This document shows, piece after piece, positions 17,300-25,721 of a stretch of 64,000 bases of DNA (position 1 is the stretch's first letter; each line of letters starts with the position of its first letter). The notes under the pieces are model-generated. The model was not told the DNA's origin. It searched no databases and saw only the letters and a program-made list of their open reading frames with translations. The stretch covers positions 69,989-133,988 of the forward strand of contig CAZQLY010000001.1 in NCBI GenBank assembly GCA_964594455.1. The letters are read 5' to 3'. This stretch comes from an uncultured Gammaproteobacteria bacterium. Lineage in GTDB: Bacteria; Patescibacteriota; Patescibacteriia; JAHIZJ01. The position numbers and the translations under genes were made by a program.

Positions 17300-18955
17300 A
17301 TGCTTAGAGACGATATCGCCAAACAATTACAGCGTGTTTGTTTTGAACTCTGGCCGCATTTGAAAGAAGAGGTTGGGGAAGATTTTTTTGTTAAAACTAT
17401 CGAGCTAACTAAAGATGAAAAGTATGGTGATGTTTCTTCCACCATTGCCATGCAGCTGGCCAAAAAGGTGTCAGCCAATCCTTTGGAGCTAGCCGAAAAG
17501 ATAATAGGATCAACTAGTCAGAATTTCCAGAAACAGTTCAATCGGATCGAGGTAGCGGTTCCGGGTTTTATTAATTTTACTTTGAGCAAAGCCTGGCTGA
17601 ATCAGCAGGTCAGCCAAATTATTGAACAGGGCACTACTTTTGGAAAAAGTGATTTAGGCCAGGGGCAAAAGGTGCAAGTGGAATTCATCTCCGCCAATCC
17701 GACCGGCCCGCTCCACTTAGGCAATGGCCGAGGAGCGTTTATGGGAGATGTTTTGTCCAGCATATTGTCCAGCCAGGGCTATACTGTTCGCAGAGAATAT
17801 TATGTTAACGATATAGGCAATCAGGTGGAGGTATTGGCCGAATCAGTCATCCGCCGGTATCTGCAGCAGACAGAACTGAAAGTCGATTACCCGGCGCGCT
17901 GCTATCAGGGTAATTATGTTATTGACCTGGCCAACAAGCTAAAGCTCCAAGAAGCTAAGCTCAACGATATCAACCGGACCAAGAAAAGGATCAAAGAAAA
18001 GGTTCTGAAGATGATGATTTCTCAGATCCAAAAAGTGGTCGAGAAAAAATTGGATATAAAATTTCATCAGTGGTTTTACGAAAGTGATTTGTACAAAAAA
18101 GGGATTGTCAAAGAAGTTCTGGCTCGGTTGAAAGAAAAAGACCTGATTTATAAATCCGAGGGCGCTACCTGGCTGAAAACCAGCCAATTTGGTGATGAAA
18201 AAGACCGAGTGCTTATCAAAGCCAATCGTGAATATACTTATTTCATTTCCGATATCGCTTATCACTGGAACAAGTTCGTCCAGCGGAAGTTTGATCGGGT
18301 GATTGATTTCTGGGGGGCTGATCATCAAGGCCACGTTATTAGAATGCACGCCATGAAAAAGGCTTTGGACATGCCGGGCCGCCTGGACCTGATAGTTTTT
18401 CAGTTGGTTCGCTTGATATCCCAGAATCAGGAAGTAAAAATGTCCAAGCGCAGCGGCACGTTTGTCACGTTGGAAGAATTAGTGGACGAAGTAGGCCTGG
18501 ACGTAGCCAGGTTTTTCTTTCTCATGCGTTCGGCTGATACTCATATGGATTTTGATCTGGATCTGGCCAAGGAACGCTCAGAAAAAAACCCCGTCTACTA
18601 TGTCCAATATGCGCACGCTCGGATATGTAGTATAATGAAACAAAAGGAACTGAGGCGAGCGCCCAAAGGCAAGAAACAGCTGGGTCAATATGACCATAAA
18701 GCCGAGGTGGATTTGATAAAAGAGCTAGTGCGTTTCCCGGATCTTTTGGCTGATATCAGCGATAGCTATGAAATACAGAGATTGCCTTTTTATTCAGTCC
18801 GGCTGGCGGAATTGTTCCATAACTTCTATACTCAATGTCGGGTGATCGATGATGGAAAGGTGAATTGGGACCGGGTCGCGCTGATAAAAGCCACGCGAGT
18901 AGTATTGCGCAACAGCTTGAAAATAATGAAGGTGTCCGCGCCAGTAAAGATGTAA
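17300..18955 (+). CDS. argS: arginine--tRNA ligase
   Basis: 'SANPTGPLHLGNGRGA' (HIGH-type motif), 'KMSKRSG' (KMSKS), and 'YVQYAHARICSI' typical of ArgS. Confidence 0.9.
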   Translation: MLRDDIAKQLQRVCFELWPHLKEEVGEDFFVKTIELTKDEKYGDVSSTIAMQLAKKVSANPLELAEKIIGSTSQNFQKQFNRIEVAVPGFINFTLSKAWLNQQVSQIIEQGTTFGKSDLGQGQKVQVEFISANPTGPLHLGNGRGAFMGDVLSSILSSQGYTVRREYYVNDIGNQVEVLAESVIRRYLQQTELKVDYPARCYQGNYVIDLANKLKLQEAKLNDINRTKKRIKEKVLKMMISQIQKVVEKKLDIKFHQWFYESDLYKKGIVKEVLARLKEKDLIYKSEGATWLKTSQFGDEKDRVLIKANREYTYFISDIAYHWNKFVQRKFDRVIDFWGADHQGHVIRMHAMKKALDMPGRLDLIVFQLVRLISQNQEVKMSKRSGTFVTLEELVDEVGLDVARFFFLMRSADTHMDFDLDLAKERSEKNPVYYVQYAHARICSIMKQKELRRAPKGKKQLGQYDHKAEVDLIKELVRFPDLLADISDSYEIQRLPFYSVRLAELFHNFYTQCRVIDDGKVNWDRVALIKATRVVLRNSLKIMKVSAPVKM

Positions 18956-18974
18956 GTAACAATTCAAAATGAAA

Positions 18975-19070
18975 AATTAAAAATGAAGAATTGTTGCAGA
19001 TACTCTTTAATAAAAAAGAATAATAAGAACTTTCCTTAATTATTCATTCTTAATTCTTAATTATTAATTT
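18975..19070. repeat. AT-rich palindromic intergenic element of the same family, in inverted orientation
   Basis: AATGAAGAATTG...TTCATTCTTAATTCTTAATTATTAATTT. Confidence 0.4.
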
Positions 19071-19075
19071 CCTCC

Positions 19076-20254
19076 ATGAGGATAGGAATAGATTGTCGAA
19101 CAATATTAAATCCCAAGAGGGGCGAACGCGCTGGAGTCGGCCACTACTCTTACTATTTGATAAAAAACATTTTAGCTCAGGACAAGAAAAACGAATACGT
19201 TTTGTTTTTTGATTATCGTTTTCAAAATACCAATGAATTTCGACAGAAGAACGTCACGATAAGGTATTTCCCGTTTTCCCAATACAAGAAGTTTCTGCCT
19301 TTTAGCTATTCCCATATGTTAATTGCCGCTTTCCTGAGCCGTGAAAATCTGGATCTCTATCATTCTCCGGCCAATGTCATTCCCTACGGCTACCGCCAGC
19401 CCTCTATCGTTACAGTCCATGATCTGGCTATCTATAAACATCCGGAATGGTTCCCGCGCGGCCAGAAATTCAGCATCTCAATTTTAGTGCCCAGAAGTTT
19501 AAATCGAGCCTGGAGGATTATCGCCGTCTCCGAAGCAACGAGAAAAGACATCATCAAGACGTTTAATATCTCCCAGGACAAGATAAAGGTTATTTATGAG
19601 GGCATGGTAGATGCCAAGACGGCTGTAGACGCCGAAGCCATGAAGAAAAAATATAAGATTCCCGGGAAATACCTACTTTATGTAGGAACATTAGAACCAC
19701 GAAAAAACCTTGTAGAATTAGTCTCGGCTTATCATCAGCTGATCGAAAAGAATAAATCGCTGTCCAAATACACTTTAGTCTTAGCCGGCCACAGAGGCTG
19801 GAAGAGCGGGGGGATATTCAAGAAGATCAAAAAATTAAAGCTCGGAGACAAGGTTCACTACGTGGATTATGTGCCGCACGCTGACAAGCTGGGCTTGATC
19901 AAAGAAGCCACCGCCTTTGTCTTCCCTTCACTGTATGAAGGTTTTGGTTTGCCGGTGCTGGAAGCAATGAGCCTGGGAACGCCGGTCATCACTTCAAACA
20001 TTTCTTCACTGCCCGAAGTGGCTGGCCAAGCTGCAATATTAGTGAACCCCAAAAATGAAAAGTCCTTAGTTGACGCCATGAAGAAAGTCTTGACCTCAGC
20101 GCCCACTCGCAAGAGATTAAGCACCGCCGGGATAGAGCAATCCAAGAAATTCAGCTGGCGCAAATGCGCTCAAGAAACTATCAAGGTTTATCGAGAAGAA
20201 TACCAGAAGATCCAGAAGATAAAAAAAGCCGCTCAGAAGAAGCGCAAGAAATAA
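19076..20254 (+). CDS. glycosyltransferase, family 4 (GT-B fold)
   Basis: 'FVFPSLYEGFGLPVLEAMSLGTPVITSNISSLPEV' is the Glycos_transf_1 signature. Confidence 0.75.
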   Translation: MRIGIDCRTILNPKRGERAGVGHYSYYLIKNILAQDKKNEYVLFFDYRFQNTNEFRQKNVTIRYFPFSQYKKFLPFSYSHMLIAAFLSRENLDLYHSPANVIPYGYRQPSIVTVHDLAIYKHPEWFPRGQKFSISILVPRSLNRAWRIIAVSEATRKDIIKTFNISQDKIKVIYEGMVDAKTAVDAEAMKKKYKIPGKYLLYVGTLEPRKNLVELVSAYHQLIEKNKSLSKYTLVLAGHRGWKSGGIFKKIKKLKLGDKVHYVDYVPHADKLGLIKEATAFVFPSLYEGFGLPVLEAMSLGTPVITSNISSLPEVAGQAAILVNPKNEKSLVDAMKKVLTSAPTRKRLSTAGIEQSKKFSWRKCAQETIKVYREEYQKIQKIKKAAQKKRKK

Positions 20255-20507
20255 TATTTTTTGCAATATAATATATAAAAAAAAGAGGTCCGTTGATTGA
20301 AGCGGTACCTCGTTTGGCTGTCAGCAGATAGCCCACTGCCCAGAACAAGACCGGGTTCAGTCCCGGGGGGATGAAGTGGCTCTGGATCAAGTGCTGGATA
20401 GCGCTGAGTACAGCCACCCAGGCGATGAACGGCGGACTGATCCACCCAATGAACAAACAAGCGAACGAGACCAGCAGAATGCAGAAAATGGCTTCGGAAC
20501 GCGGCAT
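20181..20507 (-). CDS. small multi-TM membrane protein, hypothetical
   Basis: GGAGG ribosome-binding site 7 nt upstream of the ATG (MPRSEAIFCILLVSF...). About three hydrophobic helices. Elevated GC. Overlaps the glycosyltransferase 3' end convergently by ~74 nt, so it is uncertain. Confidence 0.3.
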   Translation of the reverse strand: MPRSEAIFCILLVSFACLFIGWISPPFIAWVAVLSAIQHLIQSHFIPPGLNPVLFWAVGYLLTAKRGTASINGPLFFIYYIAKNIISCASSERLFLSSGSSGILLDKP

Positions 20508-21125
20508 ATCCATCCCTCCTTTCAGATATGGCCATAAGCGCTTTTTCACCATAATCAAACTAGCATTTGTGCGTATAATGTGCAATAAAGCTGTATTATG
20601 TATATTTTCCCTTCAAGGTCCCTAGTTTTTTAATAATTTATATGGTTTACAATATCTATAAAAATGGTTTTTTGGGGTGATTTTATGATATTAACCTATG
20701 AATACATATGATTTTTTTCAATTAATGCTTGACAGGGTTTCACCATTCGTGGTAACCTATGAAATGGTATGAAAAATAACAGTTTCAGAAGGCGCCTTCA
20801 TTAACCTATTAAGAAAAGCTATTAAGGGCTCGCACCCCGATCTGGCCAAAAATACACCAGCAAACAGCAGGCCGAGCAGACTGCATTAAGCAGCTGGTGG
20901 GCAAAGTCGAGCCCATTATTAAGTACTAAAGCGTACCATTATGGCAAAGACAAAAACTTCAGCCTATGGCAAGCAGAAACAGAAAATCGTTCCTGTTCGC
21001 TCATATAAAAGGAACGGCAAACGGATAAAACCGCATCGCCGCTCCACCCGGAATAAAATAGGTTGTGAGTCAATCGGGGTGTGGACTTTTGATAAATCCT
21101 ACTAAATAAATTATACATCACTACC

Positions 21126-22838
21126 GTGGTAAATAAAACATCAAGCGAAAAGAAATTATTATCAATCAGCCAAGTGTCGAAAATCTTTGGTATCCACCAA
21201 GATACACTTCGTAATTGGGAGAAAAAAGGACTCATTACTCCTCTCCGGGTGGGTCCTCGTAAGGACAGAAAATATCGCCCTCAAGATATTGAAAGAATCG
21301 CCAACGATAAAAGTCTCGTAGATGAATTTATTTCTCCGGTGGCTGATGAGCGAGGGAAAATGAATCTCACCCAGTTAAAGCAGTTTCTCTGGAGAAGCGC
21401 TGATATATTACGTGGAAAAATCGATAGTTCCGATTACAAAAAGTATATTTTTGGACTTCTTTTTTATAAGCGCATTAGTGATGTGTGGGATGAAGAATAT
21501 AAAAAAGTTTTGGAAGAGTTTCACAATGAAGATTTAGCACGCAGTGATCACAATCACCGCTTTCAGGTTCCAAAAGATTGTCAGTGGTCAGAGATTCAAA
21601 AACAGGCAGAAGGAATCGGGCATAAGCTCAACGAAATTTTTGATAAACTTACCAACGCAAACAACCCGAAGCTGGATAAGATATTTGATGATCTTGATTT
21701 TGCGAATAAGGACAAATTTCCTAATGAGACACTCCAGCGTCTGGTCAATCATTTTTCTCAATTCAATTTTGGCGATAATTATATCAGTTCCGATCTTTTG
21801 GGTGACGCATACGAATACCTTATTGAGCAGTTCGCGGCGGATGCTGGAAAAAAAGGTGGGGAGTTCTACACACCCCGTGAAGTAGAGCGTGTAATTATTA
21901 ATATTTTGAAACCGCACGAAAAAGACCACATCTATGACATGGCGGCTGGTTCGGGCGGGTTCTTACTCGAGGCATATCATTATCTTAAAAGTCAGGCAAG
22001 CGAAAAAAAAGCTCGCTCACTGTATCTCTATGGCCAAGAAATAAATATTGGCACATACGCGATTGCAAAGATTAATATGTTTCTGCACGGACTTGATGGT
22101 GCGGACATTCAGCGCGGTGACACGCTAGCGGATCCGAAATTTCTCAATCCCGATGGCTCACTTAAAACATTCGACATTTGCGTGGCAAATCCACCATATT
22201 CTGTAAAAGAATGGGAAACTGAAACATTTAGAGCCGACAAATACGGTCGGATTACTGACTATGAAATGCCCCCGACCAAAAAAGCCGATTATGCCTTTGT
22301 TTTACACATGGTGAAGTCAATGAATGAAAATGGTCGTGCCGGAATTGTACTTCCCCATGGCGTGCTTTTCCGTGGTGGTGCAGAGGGTCGTATCCGCGAA
22401 AAACTCATCAAAGATGATCTCATTGAAGCAATTATTGCTTTACCGCCTAAACTATTTTATGGCACAGGGATACCTGCAGCGATCGTAATATTTAATAAGA
22501 ATAAACCAGAGGAACATAAGAATAAAATTCTCATCATTGACGCTGAAAAGGATTTCGAGGAGGGGAAAAATCAAAATCGCCTTCGCAAGAAAGATATTGA
22601 GAAAATCGTTTTAGCCTTTGATGGGTATCGGGATATAGAAAAATATGCCCGTGTAGTAGATATTAAAGAATTAGAAGAAAACGAATTTAATCTAAATGTT
22701 CGTAGATATATTGAGAATGGTGAGGATGAGGAAGTGGTGGATGTCAAAACAGTATGGAGCGAGTTAAAGGATATTGAAAAAGAGCGCGAGGTGGTTGATA
22801 AAAAAGTCGAGGGGTATTTAAAGGAGTTGGAGTATTAA
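21126..22838 (+). CDS. hsdM: Type I restriction-modification system methyltransferase HsdM, with an in-frame N-terminal HTH (excisionase/MerR-like) extension
   Basis: 'NPPYS' N6-adenine methyltransferase motif. HsdM N-domain 'LWRSADILRGKIDSSDYKKYIFGLLFYKRISD'. The first ~78 residues ('ISQVSKIFGIHQDTLRNWEKKGLITPLRVGPRKDRKYRPQDIERI') look like an HTH_17/Xis-type DNA-binding domain. The ORF begins at GTG 21126. An internal ATG at 21360 (MNLTQLKQFLW...) matches canonical HsdM starts. Confidence 0.85.
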   Translation: MVNKTSSEKKLLSISQVSKIFGIHQDTLRNWEKKGLITPLRVGPRKDRKYRPQDIERIANDKSLVDEFISPVADERGKMNLTQLKQFLWRSADILRGKIDSSDYKKYIFGLLFYKRISDVWDEEYKKVLEEFHNEDLARSDHNHRFQVPKDCQWSEIQKQAEGIGHKLNEIFDKLTNANNPKLDKIFDDLDFANKDKFPNETLQRLVNHFSQFNFGDNYISSDLLGDAYEYLIEQFAADAGKKGGEFYTPREVERVIINILKPHEKDHIYDMAAGSGGFLLEAYHYLKSQASEKKARSLYLYGQEINIGTYAIAKINMFLHGLDGADIQRGDTLADPKFLNPDGSLKTFDICVANPPYSVKEWETETFRADKYGRITDYEMPPTKKADYAFVLHMVKSMNENGRAGIVLPHGVLFRGGAEGRIREKLIKDDLIEAIIALPPKLFYGTGIPAAIVIFNKNKPEEHKNKILIIDAEKDFEEGKNQNRLRKKDIEKIVLAFDGYRDIEKYARVVDIKELEENEFNLNVRRYIENGEDEEVVDVKTVWSELKDIEKEREVVDKKVEGYLKELEY

Positions 22839-22841
22839 ATA

Positions 22842-24293
22842 ATGAAAACAGAGATTTCTAACAATAGGATGATAAATGGGCAAACGAAAAATTTGCAAAT
22901 TAAACATTTAAGCAAAGTAAATGTTATTTTTGGCAAAAATGGAACTGGTAAAAGTAGTTTCTTAAGAAATCTCTATCAATCAGATTCAGAGAATTTTCAC
23001 TTAATTGTACCTGAGAGAGGTGGTGCAGAAATGCGGCAAAATTCTGGGATATTAGATCAGGAAAATAATCCTCAACAAAAGAAGGCAGTTAGAAGATGGA
23101 ACTTCGATTCAGAATATCGAAGCAGAGCAATTTCTAGAGCAACTAACATTCTCACTTCACTGGGATACAATACGGCCCATAACATTCAATCCAAAGAGGT
23201 GTCAGCTGAGGAATTAACTACACTATTTAGGGTTTTCTTGCCGGAGTTTAAAGTAATATTTAACTCTAGCGCCCCGTTTAATCTTGAAATTTTCCGTGAG
23301 ATTAATGGAAATGAAGAAAAAATAACAGATGCAAAGCAGTTATCTTCTGGGCAAGTTGAAGCATTATCACTAGCCGCAGATATCATTACTCAAGCCATTT
23401 TGTGGGACGCGACAGAAAAAACTCTCTTAATTGATGAACCCGATGTTCACCTTCATACTGATTTAGAAAACAGATTTGCAATTTTTATTAATGAGATAGC
23501 CAAAAGATTTGGCGTACAAGTTATTATTGCCACCCATTCTTCCGGCCTAATCGCAAGCTTACTGAGTTTAATAAAAGAAGTTGGAATTTTATGCTTTGAT
23601 AAAAATAGTGAAGAGATTTCTGCTATACAGAAGGATCAGGCATCTATTTTTACAAATTTATTGAGCATTGAGTTGTCCTTGGCGGTCGTTTTGAATAGGA
23701 AAATAGTCATTGTTGAAGGCAATGATGATTTTCTGGTTTGGAATCAGGCAACACGTTCGCAGCAATTTGACGATATTGCATTAATACAGGCGAATGGTAG
23801 CGATATATTAAAATACAAAAATAATGCGGAGAAAATTTTAGAAGCTGTTCTTGATAGAAATTGTCAACTTGGTGTTACTTTACTTGATGGTGATAACAAA
23901 CAAAAGTTTACTAATCAACAAAATGATAAACTACCTTGCGAAAGATTAAATTGTTATAGCTTAGAAAACTTATTGTTAACCAACGAAGTTCTACAAATAA
24001 TCAAACCTGACATTGATCTGAACAACGAACTTAAAGTTCTTAAAGGTGAAGATAATATTACCGATGATGAAAAAAATATTCTTGATGGGGTTATTAAGGA
24101 CAAACAACACACAAAAATACCCAAGGAACTGATAAAAAAAATTCATTCATATATTGACGAACACTCATCGTCACGCGATTGGAGAATTATTATTGGTAAA
24201 AGTCTGGGTATAAATATGCCCTCTGGGGAATTAGCGTCTTTTTTAGGGGGAGACATTGTGAAATATATTTGGAATGAGAATAAAGAAATATGA
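22842..24293 (+). CDS. ABC-type ATPase fused to a Toprim-like domain (OLD-family / PARIS AriA-AriB-like / GajA-like nuclease)
   Basis: Walker A 'GKNGTGKSS', ABC signature-like 'QLSSGQVEALSLA', Walker B 'LLIDEPDVHLH', H-loop 'ATHSS'. C-terminal 'KIVIVEGNDDF' ... 'LLDGDNK' resembles the Toprim/DUF4435 E and DxD motifs. Sits directly after the hsdM stop. Confidence 0.55.
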   Translation: MKTEISNNRMINGQTKNLQIKHLSKVNVIFGKNGTGKSSFLRNLYQSDSENFHLIVPERGGAEMRQNSGILDQENNPQQKKAVRRWNFDSEYRSRAISRATNILTSLGYNTAHNIQSKEVSAEELTTLFRVFLPEFKVIFNSSAPFNLEIFREINGNEEKITDAKQLSSGQVEALSLAADIITQAILWDATEKTLLIDEPDVHLHTDLENRFAIFINEIAKRFGVQVIIATHSSGLIASLLSLIKEVGILCFDKNSEEISAIQKDQASIFTNLLSIELSLAVVLNRKIVIVEGNDDFLVWNQATRSQQFDDIALIQANGSDILKYKNNAEKILEAVLDRNCQLGVTLLDGDNKQKFTNQQNDKLPCERLNCYSLENLLLTNEVLQIIKPDIDLNNELKVLKGEDNITDDEKNILDGVIKDKQHTKIPKELIKKIHSYIDEHSSSRDWRIIIGKSLGINMPSGELASFLGGDIVKYIWNENKEI

Positions 24294-24682
24294 CAGAAGT
24301 TGAAAAATTACAAATCTCAATTAGTCGAGAGCACTCTGATGTTAAGGGTGAAATCAGTGAAATTTTTAAAGATCTAAATGCTAGTGTTAAGGCAGACTAC
24401 GTGCGCCTTTCTGAAAGCGAGCTAGCGATGCAGGTGATTATTTTTTTAACAACTGCTTTTGCGGGTGGAGCACTGTGGGATGTACTAAAGTGGTCGATAA
24501 AAGAGCTGTATAAAAAACACCCTAAAGCGATGGTTGAAATTCGTGATTCGGATTCTATTATGTACGCGGTTAAAGGAGACTTAAGTATTACGGTGATAGT
24601 TGCCCCAGATAGGGCAAAAGAGTTTGAACACATAAACACGCTCGACGATTTACGGAAGCATTTAGAGTCGACTAAAAGATGA
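24290..24682 (+). CDS. hypothetical small protein, translationally coupled partner of the ATPase-Toprim gene
   Basis: ATGA overlap with the upstream gene. 130 aa with no recognised motif. Confidence 0.4.
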   Translation: MTEVEKLQISISREHSDVKGEISEIFKDLNASVKADYVRLSESELAMQVIIFLTTAFAGGALWDVLKWSIKELYKKHPKAMVEIRDSDSIMYAVKGDLSITVIVAPDRAKEFEHINTLDDLRKHLESTKR

Positions 24683-24837
24683 AAAATAATACAACACAAA
24701 AGAATATTCCGAGCGGGTGGAAACTAAAAAAATTGAGTAATGTTTTGGATTATGAACGACCAGATGCCTATATTGAAAAAAAGCGCGGGATTGTTGACAA
24801 AAAAGTTGGAGGGTATTTAAAGGAATTAAAATATTAA
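24679..24837 (+). pseudogene. chimeric remnant ORF: hsdS 5' fragment (~33 codons) fused in frame to the hsdM 3' end (~19 codons)
   Basis: Nucleotides 24679-24778 are ~90% identical to the hsdS start at 25722-25820. Nucleotides 24781-24837 are ~80% identical to the hsdM 3' end at 22782-22838. The joint lies at the shared microhomology ATATTG(A/T)AAAAAG. Translation gives MKNNTTQKNIPSGWKLKKLSNVLDYERPDAYIEKKRGIVDKKVGGYLKELKY*. Confidence 0.6.
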
Positions 24838-24840
24838 TTT

Positions 24841-25239
24841 ATGAACGAGAAAAGACTAAAACATTTGGAGTTAATTCAAGGGGTCGTCACCAGAATGGGC
24901 TCAAATCTCTTTACATTAAGAGGTTGGATGATAACGCTTGTCGTCGGTCTGTCTGTTGCTTTTTTGGAGGTTGGGCGTAATGAATTGCAAATTATACTAG
25001 TATTCGTTGTTTTAATATTTTGGATCCACGATGCGTACTTCCTTTCTTTGGAGCGAAGCTACCGATGCATGTACGACAAAGTTAGGAAATTAACAGAGGA
25101 TGAGATTGATTTTTCAATGGATATTTCGGAATTTAATAAGTTAAGGGCGACATCCATTTGGTACTGCATGATATCCGGTACTCTGGCGTATTTTTATATA
25201 CCGACTCTCGTATTGATAGGAATAATAAGTATATTTTAA
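24841..25239 (+). CDS. small three-TM membrane protein (SLATT-like / TM effector candidate)
   Basis: 132 aa with three predicted hydrophobic helices (WMITLVVGLSVAFLEV; IILVFVVLIFWI; IWYCMISGTLAYFYIPTLVLIGIISIF). Starts 3 nt after the chimeric scar and ends 2 nt before the TIR gene. Confidence 0.5.
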   Translation: MNEKRLKHLELIQGVVTRMGSNLFTLRGWMITLVVGLSVAFLEVGRNELQIILVFVVLIFWIHDAYFLSLERSYRCMYDKVRKLTEDEIDFSMDISEFNKLRATSIWYCMISGTLAYFYIPTLVLIGIISIF

Positions 25240-25241
25240 TT

Positions 25242-25721
25242 ATGACAAGAAAAATATTTTACAGTTTTCGTTTTGATGACGACGTAATGAGGGTTCAGCA
25301 AATCCGAAATATAGGAGTTATCGAAGACAACAAGCCTGTTACGGCTAACAAATGGGAAGAAATTAAAAGTGGCGGTGATTCTGCGATTCAAAAATGGATT
25401 GATGCTAGCATTGCCCGATCTGAATGCGTCGTTGTGTTAATTGGAAAAAATACTTCACAAAGTCGTTGGGTTGATTACGAAATCAGAAAAGCTTGGAACG
25501 ATGGTAAGGGCTTAGTGGGTATCTACATTCACAATTTAAAAGACCCAAGGTATGGAACCTCTGATAAAGGCACCAATCCTTTTGAACAGATAGGATTAAA
25601 AAATGGAAAAAAATTATCTGAATATGTTTCTGTTTATAACCCAGACACAGATGCCTACAACTATATAGCTAAATACATAGATCAAATTGTCGAGAAAGGA
25701 ATCGATTCGCGGAATAAATAA
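25242..25721 (+). CDS. TIR-domain protein, ThsB-like (DUF1863-type)
   Basis: 'KIFYSFRFDDD' (TIR βA FxSY..D start), 'VVVLIGKNTSQSRWVDYEIRKAW' with a conserved Glu near residue 80, and 'GLVGIYIHN'. This pattern resembles Thoeris ThsB-type TIR proteins as recalled from memory. Confidence 0.55.
   Translation: MTRKIFYSFRFDDDVMRVQQIRNIGVIEDNKPVTANKWEEIKSGGDSAIQKWIDASIARSECVVVLIGKNTSQSRWVDYEIRKAWNDGKGLVGIYIHNLKDPRYGTSDKGTNPFEQIGLKNGKKLSEYVSVYNPDTDAYNYIAKYIDQIVEKGIDSRNK

Noticed and set aside
20941-21063. 40-aa basic micro-ORF considered as a ribosomal protein gene
   Set aside because: It has no match to known small ribosomal proteins (L34, L36, S21 and similar) by motif and no obvious ribosome-binding site. 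It is retained only as a low-priority observation.
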